DNA from: Mobula hypostoma
Taxonomy: Eukaryota
Assembly (NCBI RefSeq): GCF_963921235.1
Contig: NC_086097.1
Span: 207,826,001-207,890,000, forward strand
DNA: 64,000 nucleotides
Direction of reading: 5' to 3'
The translations under genes and the position numbers were made by a program. The notes under the pieces were generated by a model that was not told the DNA's origin, ran no database searches, and saw only the letters and a program-made list of their open reading frames with translations. Positions 12,335-22,638 of the stretch are shown here, piece after piece; the first letter of the stretch is position 1, and each line of letters begins with the position of its first letter.

Positions 12335-12525
12335 CCAAGTGGTTGCAGAGACGAGAGTGAGAGAACTGGCGTATAACTCTTAAACCGCGCGGGGAGAAGC
12401 CTCACATTCTGTAGGCACTCTCGGGTGTGAAGAGCAAGAGATCCTTGCAGTAAGATCTGACAAGTGGAACGGTGTCCGCAGCACCCTCTCCCTGCTGCAA
12501 CTCGGATACATCAGCTGAAATCCAA
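12335..12525 (-). other. oprk1: Probable 5' non-coding exon of the opioid receptor (5' boundary uncertain)
   Basis: Donor TGG|GTAAGA at 12335/12334, about 180 nt upstream of the acceptor at 12155. TATA-like and GC boxes lie just upstream. TSS inferred only. Confidence 0.55.
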
Positions 12526-12539
12526 CGTGACAGAGATTC

Positions 12540-12580
12540 GCTGACGCTCATTAATAGACGCGGAAGCTCGGGGGCGGTTA
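12540..12580 (-). promoter_or_regulatory. Putative core promoter: TATA-like TATTAAT, half-CRE, ETS and GC box
   Basis: Minus strand reads ccgcccccgagcttccgcgtcTATTAATgagCGTCAg. GGGGCGG at 12571-12577, CGGAAG at 12561-12566. Confidence 0.5.
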
Positions 12581-13903
12581 CTGGAGACCGGGGAGTTTAG
12601 AACATCTTCTGTTTAAAAAAAAGCGACCTGCTGCTTCACCGATCGCCTTTTCTCACAGCTTGCCATAGCAACCTTATAGGAAGAACCGATGGTCTGCTGA
12701 GTCTAGCAAGCACCAACAGGAACATTTTAATTAATGCGCTTGTTTCGTGATGAAAGATTAGCATTTTTTTTAATCAATCGATACATTCACTTAACCTTCA
12801 CTGCCACACTCATTATGCAATAAACTTCAGCGTCATATGACTTCGCTTAACGCGTTTTTCTTCCTCTATTTTATTCCTAAATTCCAGAAGCCTGTGTTAA
12901 TGAAAAACAAACAAGCATGCTGTTTTAACCAGAACACGCACATTTAACATTGATTGATTCATTGTCTGTGTTAGCTCCAATATCTTATTATTAAATCAAC
13001 TCTTGAATTCGCAATGATTTCTTTCTCCAAGGAAAACGGTTCACTGCGTCGGTTAAAAGAATTCAACTGCTGCACCACGGTAAGTGAGTGCATGATGTTG
13101 CATTAATCAAAGTACAATGATCTTAAAAGAGTCATTTATAATTATCAGAAAGTTCCACCTCGGTGACTGAATACAGCTGCTCTCCAGCGACCGGATTACT
13201 CCAAACACAGACTGCGTTTACCTTTACTACAGCTTAACGAGCTGCAACTTGGAGATGTATGTGCCAAGAATCTCTGTGTTTGCAATATTAAGGAGAGGGG
13301 AGGATGATGCATTTCAACAGCTCCTGAAATATTATAGGAAGAAATTAAAGTAACATCCGCATATAACTAAAGTTACCTTTTAAATATGAGTCCAAAAATT
13401 CCCAGTGAATAGCAAAGACGGGAGCTTATGGGAACAATTGAAACAATAAAGCAAAGAACCAGGTGCCTAACAAGACAGAGGGTGTAAAAAATTATTCCCG
13501 TCTTGCACTTATGCGAAAGGCTAGCAAAGGAACATAATCATCCGGCAATGGCAGACAGTCAGTAAAGTATATCATAATGCACTGTACACAGAACCCAACG
13601 CAAAAAGAACATTGCAGTGACTGAAACAAGCAGGACGTAACCATATTGTTATATCATTATCAGGCTTGACTGTCAACCTGCTGCCCATTTACTGAAGTTT
13701 TATTTAAACTACTCTGTATATATTTTCGTTGACCACTATGCAGCTGCTTTAATGGGGCTCACATTCAAGACAATGTACAGGGTACGACAGCAAAAGCTGC
13801 TAAGTTACTGGACAGATATCCAAAGTCTTCGACCATGGATCTGGGGACATGTATTTGAAACCTACCGTGGCAGCTGGGGAATTTAAATGAATTAAATTAA
13901 GGA

Positions 13904-15501
13904 AATCAAGTGTGACAGTGGAAAAGTGTGTATGGAACTGGAGGAGATAGAAGAGGTACTTAATGAATTCTTTGCTTCTGTATTCACTATGGAAAAGGAT
14001 CTTGGTGATCGTAGGGATGACTTACAGCGGACTGAGAAGATTGAGCATTTAGATATTAAGGAAGAGGATGTGCTGGAGCTTTTGGAAAGCATCAAGTTGG
14101 ATAAGTCACTGGGTCCAGATGGGATGTACCCCAAGCTACTGTGGGAAGCGAGCAGGAGATTGCTGAGCCTCTGGCAATGATCTTTGCATCACTCAGTGAA
14201 GATGGGGAAGGTTCCAGAGGATTAGAGGGTTGTGGATATTGTTCCATTATTCAAGAAAGGGAGTAGAGATAGCCCAGGAAGTTATAGGCCAGTGAGTCTT
14301 ACTTCAGTAGTTGGTAAGTGGATGGAGAAGATGCTGAGAAGCATGATTTATGAACATTTGGAGAGGCATAATATGATTAGGAATAGTCAGCATGGCTTTG
14401 TTAAAGGCAGGACATGCCTTACAAGTTTGACTGAATTTTTTGAGGATGTGACCAAACACATTGATGAAGGTAGAGCCGTGGATGCAGTGTATATGGATTT
14501 CAGCAAGGCATTTGATAAGGCAGCCAATGCAAGGCTTATTGAGAAAGTAAGGAGGCATGGGATCCAAGGGGACATTGCTTTGTGTATCCAGATTTGGCTC
14601 GCGCACAGAAGCCAAAGAGTGGTTGTAGACGGGTCATATTCTGCATGGTGGTTGGTGACCAGTGGTGTTCCTCAGGGATCTGTTCTGGGACCCCTACTCT
14701 TCATGATTTTTATAAATGACCTGGATGAGGAAGTGGAGGGATGGGTTAATAAATTTGCTGATGACACAAAGGTTGGAGGTGCTGTGGATAGTGCGGAGGG
14801 TTGTCAGAGGTTACAGCGGGACATTGATAGGATGCAAAACTGGGCTGAGAAGTGGCAGATGGAGTTCAACTCAGATATGTCTGAGGTGGATCATTTTGGT
14901 AGGTCAAATATGATGGCAGAATATAGTATTAATGGTAAGACTCTTGGCAGTGTGTATGATCAGAGGGATCTTGGGGTCTGAGTCCATAGGACATGCAAAG
15001 CTGCTATGCAGGTTGACTCTGTGGATAAGAAGGCATACAGTGCATTGGCCTTCATCAATCATGGGATTGAGCTTAAGAGCCGAGAGATAATGTTGCAGCT
15101 ATATAGGACCCTGGTCAGACCCCACTTGGAGTACTGTGCTCAATTCTGGTCACCTCACTACAAGAAGGATGTGGAAACCATAGAAAGGGTGCAGAGGAGA
15201 TTTACAAGGATGTTACCTGGAATGGGGAGCATGCCTTATGAGAATAGGTTGAGTGAACTCAGCCTTTTCTCCTTGGAGCAACAGAGGATGAGAGGTGATG
15301 TGATAGAGGTGTACAAGATAATGAGAGGCATTGATCATGTGGATAGTCAGAGGCTTTTTCCCAGGGCTGAAATGGCTAGCACAAGAGGACATAGTTTTAA
15401 GGTGCTTGGAAGTAGGTACAGAGGAGCTGTCAGGGGTAAGTTTTTTTTTTACGCAGAGAGTGGTGAGTGCGTGGAATGAACTGCCGATGGCGGCAGTGGA
15501 G
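13904..15501 (+). mobile_element. CR1 LINE fragment (RT), truncated at both ends
   Basis: ORFs 13926-14180, 14232-14981 and 15006-15479: [46 protein letters not shown]. The 3' tail is missing and the element is fused to an LTR at 15502. Confidence 0.92.
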
Positions 15502-17056
15502 GTTCCTGGGCCGCGTCTAGGGTTTGCTGCTACTTGGAGCCTTTTCATGTCAATACAAGGAACAGTCTATCGTTGTGTGGTTTTTTCTCCCTGTGTCCTC
15601 TCCTCCACTGGGTAGGTCCGGCCGTTTGCCGCTACTCTGAGGGAGGAGCAGTCTCCGTGTTTTGTGCCCTGGTCTAAGAAGAGTCCTGGCTCTATGCCCT
15701 GTGTCCAAGGAGAAACCCTGGCTCAGTGTTCTATGTTCTGTGTCTAAGTCAAGTCTGAGCCTAGTCCAAGTTGAGAGCCAAGTTCCAAGTCCAAGTCGAG
15801 TGTCTAGGTCCAAGTCCAAGTTGAAAGTCAAGTCTGAGCCCAGTCCAAGCCCGGTCCAAGTCAAGTCCAAGCCAGGTCCAGGTTTTCTGGTTTGTCACTA
15901 TACGTCTACCTTCGTGTTATCATTTTGTCCTCGCTCCTTGGCTTCCCTAGCATTCTTAATAAACACAGTCCAGTTCCTAGTACTTCAGTGTCTGTGTCTT
16001 GTATTTGGGTCCGCTTCTATTGCCCCTTTATGACAGAACGGCCCAGTCAAACATGGACCTAGTGACACAGACTCTGTTGTTAGACTCTTGCCATCCAGCG
16101 TTCCCCTTGTTGAAACCCTCCACCCGCCCGGGTCTTCGATAATCCGGACAAGCCTGTTGGATCACCAGGAGACTCTCATGGCGGGGGGGGGGGGGTGCGG
16201 TGGTAATGTCATGGTCCAGTCTGTGAAGTCCGCATTCCAGTTCACGGTCCGGTCCATGGATTTCGTATTCCAGCTATTCCTTTTTTCCCTTGTTCCGTTG
16301 GGCACCTTAATTGAGGCACCCGATTCTCATTTCGGGCTGGCAACATAAACAGCTCTGGGGTCCAGTGATTCCTTGCTGGACTGTCCTCGTCAGTAAACTC
16401 ATCAGAATCCCTGTCAATTTAACCTGCCGGAGTGCGACTTGAGCCGCTGTCTGTAGTTCCTGGGCTGCGTCTAGGGCTTGCCACTACTTGGAGCCTTTTT
16501 GTGTCAAGATGAAGAACATTCTATCGTTGTATGGTTTTTGTCTCCCCATGTCCTCTCCTCCACTGGGTAGGTCCAGCCGTTTGCTGCTACCCTGAGGGGA
16601 GAGCGGTCTCAAGAGTCCTGGCTCTATGTCCTGTGTCCAAGGAGGAGCCCCGGCTCAGTGTTCCGTGTCCTGTGTCTAAGTCAAATCTGAGCCTAGTCCA
16701 AGTCAAGAGTCAAGTTCCAAGTCCAAGTCAAGAGTCAAGTCCAAGTCAAGTCTGAGTCAAGTCCAAGCCAAGAGTCAAGTCCAAGCCATGTCCAAGTCAA
16801 GTCCAAGCCAAGAGCCAAGTCTAGACCCAGGTGCCAAGACCGGAGTTCCGAGTCATGACCTGAGTTCCCTGTCGAGTTCAAGTCCCAAGTCCAAGTCCAG
16901 GTTTTCCAGTTTGTCACTCTACGTCTACCTTCATGTTATCATTTTGTCCTTGTTTCTTGGCTTCCCTAGCATTCTTAATAAATATAGTCCAGTTCCTAGT
17001 ACTTCAGTGTCTGTGTCTTGCGTTTGGGTCCGCTTCCATCGCGCCAACGTAAAACA
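15502..17056 (+). mobile_element. Miniature non-autonomous Gypsy (Sushi/chromovirus-like) LTR element
   Basis: Direct repeats 15502-16035 (5'-truncated, ends TGACA) and 16207-17056 (TGTCA...ACA, 850 bp), each with AATAAA. The 171-bp interior has a gag-like start (ATGGAC) and a poly-G PPT. Confidence 0.82.
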
Positions 17057-17254
17057 ACTGACTCCCTAGTATAATGGTGCCTTACCTCCTGTAGATGGGG
17101 CATTAACAAATTAATGTTGCAGCATCTAATTTTCTCCTCTAAAACAACTCCTAGGAGGCTCAAATTATTACATTTTCTTCTCTGACACTGGTCTAGACTG
17201 CATCACAGGTACATGAGTTTGCAAATCTAAGCAGAGGTACATAATACAAAAAGG

Positions 17255-17420
17255 AAAAAGGAGGAAGCACGCAGTAGGTCAGCAGCATCTATGGAGAGGG
17301 AAAGTGAGTTAATGTTTCTGGTCAGTGTTCCTCCATCAGAACATTCATCCAAAAAGTCAATTGACTTTCTTTCTCCACAGATGCTGTTCAACTTGTTGAG
17401 TATCCCCAGCATGTTCTGAT
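17255..17420. repeat. Penelope-like terminal repeats in inverted arrangement
   Basis: gcagtaggtcagcagcatctatggagag...ctccacagatgctgttcaacttgttgag forms an imperfect inverted pair. Confidence 0.5.
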
Positions 17421-18988
17421 GTTATTGAAGATTTTCAGTTATTGCAATTATATCCGTTTTGTTTTTAAATTACATAGACTTGTATTCCTGTTTCAAATAG
17501 CATTGCAAATCTTCTATCACGACAGTTCAAAACGCAAAAGTGCCAACCTAAATATTGATTATTATATTGAATGGGACTAAAATGATGCACTATTATTAAA
17601 TATTGCACTTCCAGACAGAGCACCTATCTTAAGTCAATTAGTCAGATACATTCAGTGATGTGAGGTGGTTTCCTACAGCCATACTTTGAATCTAAGGTAA
17701 CTTGTGAGTCAAATTGCTAATTGTTAAGTTTATTACGGAACAGTGATTTCTTTATCTACAATTTCATATTTTTATTTTTGAAATTATATAAAGTTATTTT
17801 ACAATTATATCTTCTGCACAGGCTTCCGTTATCTTCCTTTCACCCACTTTGCAGAGGTAATAATTATTTTGTTGCTAGGAATCCCCCTTTATATCTGTTA
17901 CTTAGAGGATGAAACTATGAAAGAGGAGAGAACTGTTATTAGGTGCCATAGATTTTTTTTCCCCACCATCAGAGTATATTTTCACACTCACATATAAAAG
18001 TCAAGACATTTCTACCTTTGGCTGAACATTGATTTGTGTGCTGAAGTTGTATTTCATTTCAAAGTAATAAAAAAACATGCTAGAGGTCCCCTGCATATCC
18101 AGAGATGACCTTCACCATAGTCTCTGCAGTGCCCATCCATAGAAAGGTCACACCTCATTTAACTTATACTTAACAGAATCATTAAAGCTAACTCTTAAGA
18201 CAGGTACAACTTTAACTATTCATGTATATATAAATGCATTAAGCAAGTGCCAAGTACCTTGTGTTTCTGGAATTGCTCAGTATATTACCTTTTCATGAAA
18301 ATTCATCAACCATATAACAGGACATGGCACCTGAACTACATGACAGCATTCACCATATGTGTCTTTTTTCACAGTACCTGTAAACGCTCTGTATTCAACT
18401 TACTGAACATGTTGTGAGATGAAGAATGCAGTCACCAAATAGTACAAACAATACATTTTGTTTCAGTAAATTATCTCGATTCATGCACTTTAAAGCAATC
18501 AACCACTGCACTTCATTTTGTGTAGAAAGACACGTGTCTTTCTGATATTCCTGGCAGCAGAGGATAATGATACAGGCTTAGTTCTGCATAAGACCAGCTG
18601 AGAACTGTTGCAGTGTGCTCCATGATACCACCAGAATAATAATTGAGAAAGCTTTCCAAAAGATCACTGCAGGTTCCTCAGTCAGGAAGCATTTTGCAGT
18701 GAGGCAGATTCTGTGCACATCTGGAAGGGTAATGAGTGCGGCGGGCTAGTCAAGCAGATGAGCACAATTCAGGAATGGTTTTTGTGATGGAAACCTTTCA
18801 TCATCTCTGTGACTGTTAATTTGGGTCACCTTTGTGTGCTGGCCTTAAATGGAAGACTTCAAAATTCATGACGGACTTGTGAATGTCTTTTGCATTAGTT
18901 TCAATGCTCATGAGTCGCAATGCCGAGTCACATGACACAATGCCAATATAGCAAATCTTATGGAGAATTAGCACAGCTCAGATAGTAG

Positions 18989-19481
18989 TGTTAGGGTGTA
19001 TTCTGGAGCTAAGGTATTTTATATAGCAAGTACTAGTTTCCACAGCAACCAAACTTCAGGTTTGAAAATGGATTCTAGGTTGAATTTAAAATGCAGCTCT
19101 GAACAATTGTCTTCCTGGAACCGTAGACTGGGGTTGTTTGCAAACCAGGAGACATCATTCATTTGCAGTCTGCATATGCATGAATGCAGCTAGAGGGAGA
19201 TAATGCTGATTAACACTCATTTTGGGTGTCGAATGTGGGTGTGAGGAAGGAGATGTTTGAAGATTATATGTAATTCAAAGGAAGTATTGTAGATACATTG
19301 TAACTATAGAATTGTTTTGCTGTTACCTTTTATCATTAGCATATAACATGTCATGTAATATTGGGTCAAACAGACCTCTTCCTCCAAGTTTGTCTCGAAT
19401 AGCTGCTCATTTTGCTGAATAAACACGTCTATATCCATTAGCTTCAGAGTTGCTCCAGTGACTTTGTTCACAGTCACAACA
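18989..19481 (+). repeat. 5' LTR of the ERV (493 bp)
   Basis: Starts TGTT after GTAG and ends CACAACA. AATAAA about 60 nt before the end. 19102-19481 aligns with 26783-27163. Confidence 0.85.
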
Positions 19482-19482
19482 T

Positions 19483-20469
19483 GTCTTCAGGTCAAGATGG
19501 TGCCAGCAAACAATGATTCCTCAGGCGACATCTTTCAGATAGCCGATCTCTTCACTTATTTCACTTTTTCTACATCTTCTGATTATTCTTTTTGTCTTAT
19601 TTGTGTTACGGAAACTGCTGGAGCCTGTGATGTGCAGTTTCGAATTTGATCGAATGACCTACTGTGATCTGCTGTGTCTAGAGAGCTGCCTCATGGAGAA
19701 GACCAGAGTTGGGGACCTGGAAAGGATAGAGAACACGAGCTGCCTCATGGAGGAGATCACAGCCATGGCCTGGGGTCATCAGCGACTCCATTTCAAAGCA
19801 TCAAAGAAGCTTGAAACATCGTGGGAAATGCAGAGGGGGTCAGCAATCGCTCTCAACGGAGCCTACAATGGTAACGATAGTCGGAAACCAAGTTGCTGGC
19901 ATTCAGACCCGGCGTGGTGGTTGCTCTTCATGGAAGCATTGAGTTCGTGTGGCCACTCTCCTCGAATGCTAATGGGAAGATGTTTTCAATATTTTGAGAT
20001 TTATGTGATTATTGGTCTGTTCTTTTTATTAGTCACCTTCAGTTTTTTGGTGTTTTCTATCTTGTAGCTGATTTGCAGATGGTCGATATGTTAGTTTTGT
20101 GAAAGGGAGGGGTTGGAGATTTTGCACCTGATTTTGTTGTTGATGCTTTTCTGCGTGGATGATCTGTGTGTGATAGAGGGGTCGGAGGTTTTGATGTTAT
20201 TGTCACTATTTTTTTCTGCAGGAGAGGGAGTTGGGGATTTGATGCTATTTTTACTGGTTTTCTCCCTCTTAGTGAGGGAGGGGTGGATTTGGGGTTTGTG
20301 AGTTTTGCTTCTCTTTCTATTTTCATGCCGGAGGTGGGGGAAGAGTTGATGTCTTTTCCTTCAACAACTCTCATGCTTTTTCAGCATTTTATGGTTATCT
20401 GGAGAAGACAAATATCAGAGTTGTATTGTACGTGCATCTTTGACAATAAAATGAACTTTTGAACCTTTG
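19483..20469 (+). mobile_element. ~990-bp non-coding retroposon inserted at the LTR/PBS junction
   Basis: AACAT TSD (19478-19482 / 20470-20474). Starts near caagatggtgcc and ends aataaaatgaacttttgaacctttg. Confidence 0.72.
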
Positions 20470-20475
20470 AACATT

Positions 20476-20495
20476 TGAGGGCTCTCATCCGGGAT
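20476..20495 (+). other. Primer-binding site, tRNA-Pro-like
   Basis: TGAGGGCTCTCATCCGGGAT versus MLV PBS-Pro TGGGGGCTCGTCCGGGAT: 16/18 plus a 2-nt insertion. It sits 2 nt after the LTR once the insertion is removed. Confidence 0.72.
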
Positions 20496-20891
20496 ATATT
20501 CATAACGCATCGTGTGGCCAGCAATCGCAGCAGTCTAAGTGGGCGAGTATGTTTTAAAATTAGCACTTACACTTGGGATCTATTTGGGACGGGGACCACA
20601 GGATCATGAAGTATCACAGACATGGTGGGGAGCTGAACTGGTAGATATAAAAGTAGTGTGGTGTATGTGTGTTTATGTAAAAGACTAGACACCTTTGTGC
20701 AAGAATAGTGAGACAGGGTCACCAATTGCAAAGGATGATTACAGACTCTTCGGGATGCCAGTGGGGTGTGTATATACTCGTTCAGGGAACTGCATAGCAG
20801 CAGACTCGATTGCAAGTGTGTTTGTGTGTTTAAAGAATAAGTCTGCAATTTTGGTATAACAGTTAGATGCAAAGGAATACAACTGGCATTA

Positions 20892-21611
20892 TAGTCATAG
20901 TCATACTTTATTGATCCCGGGGGAAACTGGTTTTCATTACAGTTGCACCATAAATAATAAATAGTAATAAAACCATAAATAGTTAAATAATAATATGTAA
21001 ATTATGCCACGAAATAAGTCCAGGACCAGCCTATTGGCTCAGGGTGTCTGACCCTCCAAGGGAGGAGTTGTAAAGTTTGATGGCCACAGGCAGGAATGAC
21101 TTCCTATGATGCTCTGTGTTGCATCTTGGTGGAATGAGTCTCTGGCTGAATGTACTCCTGTGCCCAACCAATACATTATGTAGTGGATGGGAGACATTGT
21201 CCAAGATGGCATGCAACTTGGACAGCATCCTCTTTTCAGACACCACCGTGAGAGAGTCCAGTTCCATCACCACAATATCACTGGCCTTCTGAATGAGTTT
21301 GTTGATTCTGTTGATGTCTGCTGCCCCAGCACACAACAGCAAACATGATAGCACTGGCCACCACAGACTCGCAGAACATCCTCAGCATCGTCTGGCAGAT
21401 GTTAAAGGACCTCAGTCTCCTCAGGAAATAGAGACGGCTCTGACCCTTCTTGTAGACAGCCTCAGTGTTCTCTGACCAGTCCAGTTTATTGTCAATTCGT
21501 ATCCCCAGGTATTTTTAATCCTCCACCATGTCCACACTGACCCCCTGGATGGAAACAGGGGTCACCGGTACCTTAGCTCTCCTCAGGTCTACCACTAGCT
21601 CCTTTGTCTTT
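20892..21611 (-). mobile_element. Rex1/Babar LINE 3' fragment inside the ERV leader
   Basis: Very similar to 495-1295 in reverse orientation. ORF 21031-21354. (GTCATA)n tail at the left end. Confidence 0.88.
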
Positions 21612-21849
21612 TGAGCTCAGATGCACATAAGTGGCAGATTGCAGAGTATGTACTCTGTAGTTTTCAGTATGTACTGCTTAATTTTTATCCATTATTTATA
21701 TTTTGCGTAGTGTGGAAATTAGTGTGGAGGTATTTGAGGGAGAAGTTATACCCAGATATATCTGTCAGGATGGCGCCTATTGAGGTCAAGTAACATCAGG
21801 TCGAGAATCCTGATAATCTGAGAGAGCCCTTGACCTTGATTACGACCGT

Positions 21850-22632
21850 CCATAACCCTTCACTACCACTCCTCCACCCCACCCCGGACAGAAACAAAGC
21901 ATTTTGTCAGAGCTGTGATCACTTAAGGTCGCCTGTGGGAATGCAGAATTCTGGTGCAAGCTCAAGGAAATAATTGAAACTTACTAGATGCACCCCAATG
22001 ATGTATATGTGTTGGTAAAAGCAAAGTGCCCAAGGAATATGTGGGACAGTATGGCCCAGGGGGTGCGGGATGGTACCTGGGCAACTACCGGGAACGCCTG
22101 CAATGAAGACAGATATTGCTTCTTTAAAGGAGAAGTGAAGCAGCAACAGGGGGAAGGTGGGATTAATTGAGGAACGATAATTTCTGTGATTCAGAGAGTT
22201 GATGAGCCTGCCAGGGATTATACAGAATATAAGTATTGAGCGTATGAGAAGAATGCAGTGTTGGATAATCCAGGGAGGGATGATCCAATCTTTCTGAAAA
22301 TGCTGAAGGAAGACCTGAGCTCAGCCCACCAGGAAGTTTTAGATTTGCAGATTGCAAAGGGATCAACCTACTCCATGATAGTGTCATGGGCCATTGAGAT
22401 AGACCAGAGGAGAGGGAAGAGAAATCATAAACTGGCTGTTTTGAATGTAGCTGCTGTGACATCACAGAGAACTTGTTTTGTGTGCCAGCAACTGGGGCAT
22501 GTAGCAACTGCTGGAATAGATGTGGGAGGCTAAAGGAGACGATTTGGTACAGCTATGGCTTCTCGGGCCATCGTTGGATGCAGTGTCCTGAAAAGAGAGT
22601 AAAGTGTGAGAATCACTCACCAAAGCAGGCAG
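21850..22632 (+). pseudogene. gag: ERV gag remnant with two CCHC zinc knuckles
   Basis: AEFWCKLKEIIETY*MHPNDVYVLVKAKCP..; then CFVCQQLGHVA/NCW (frameshift) and degenerate WYSYGFSGHRWMQC. 5' boundary uncertain. Confidence 0.7.
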
Positions 22633-22638
22633 AATCCA

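Larger units (their letters stand above)
9800..13700. promoter_or_regulatory. CpG-retaining, repeat-poor domain around the receptor 5' end
   Basis: CpG dinucleotides are visibly frequent and recognisable transposons absent, unlike the CpG-depleted flanks. Not computed. Confidence 0.55.

Noticed and set aside
13068..13088. RE1/NRSE-like site (gcaccacgg)
   Set aside because: Only about 14/21 match, with mismatches in both core half-sites (CAGCACC and GGACAG).
15550..17069. Low-complexity ORFs (LGLDLD.. / SKSSPS..) and a CRISPR-like repeat appearance
   Set aside because: They come from the AAGTCC microsatellite within LTRs. There are no unique spacers and the DNA is eukaryotic.
19603..20462. 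ORFs of 154, 105 and 98 aa as ERV accessory or env-like genes
   Set aside because: They lie inside the TSD-flanked retroposon insert, and the hydrophobic segments reflect T-rich sequence.
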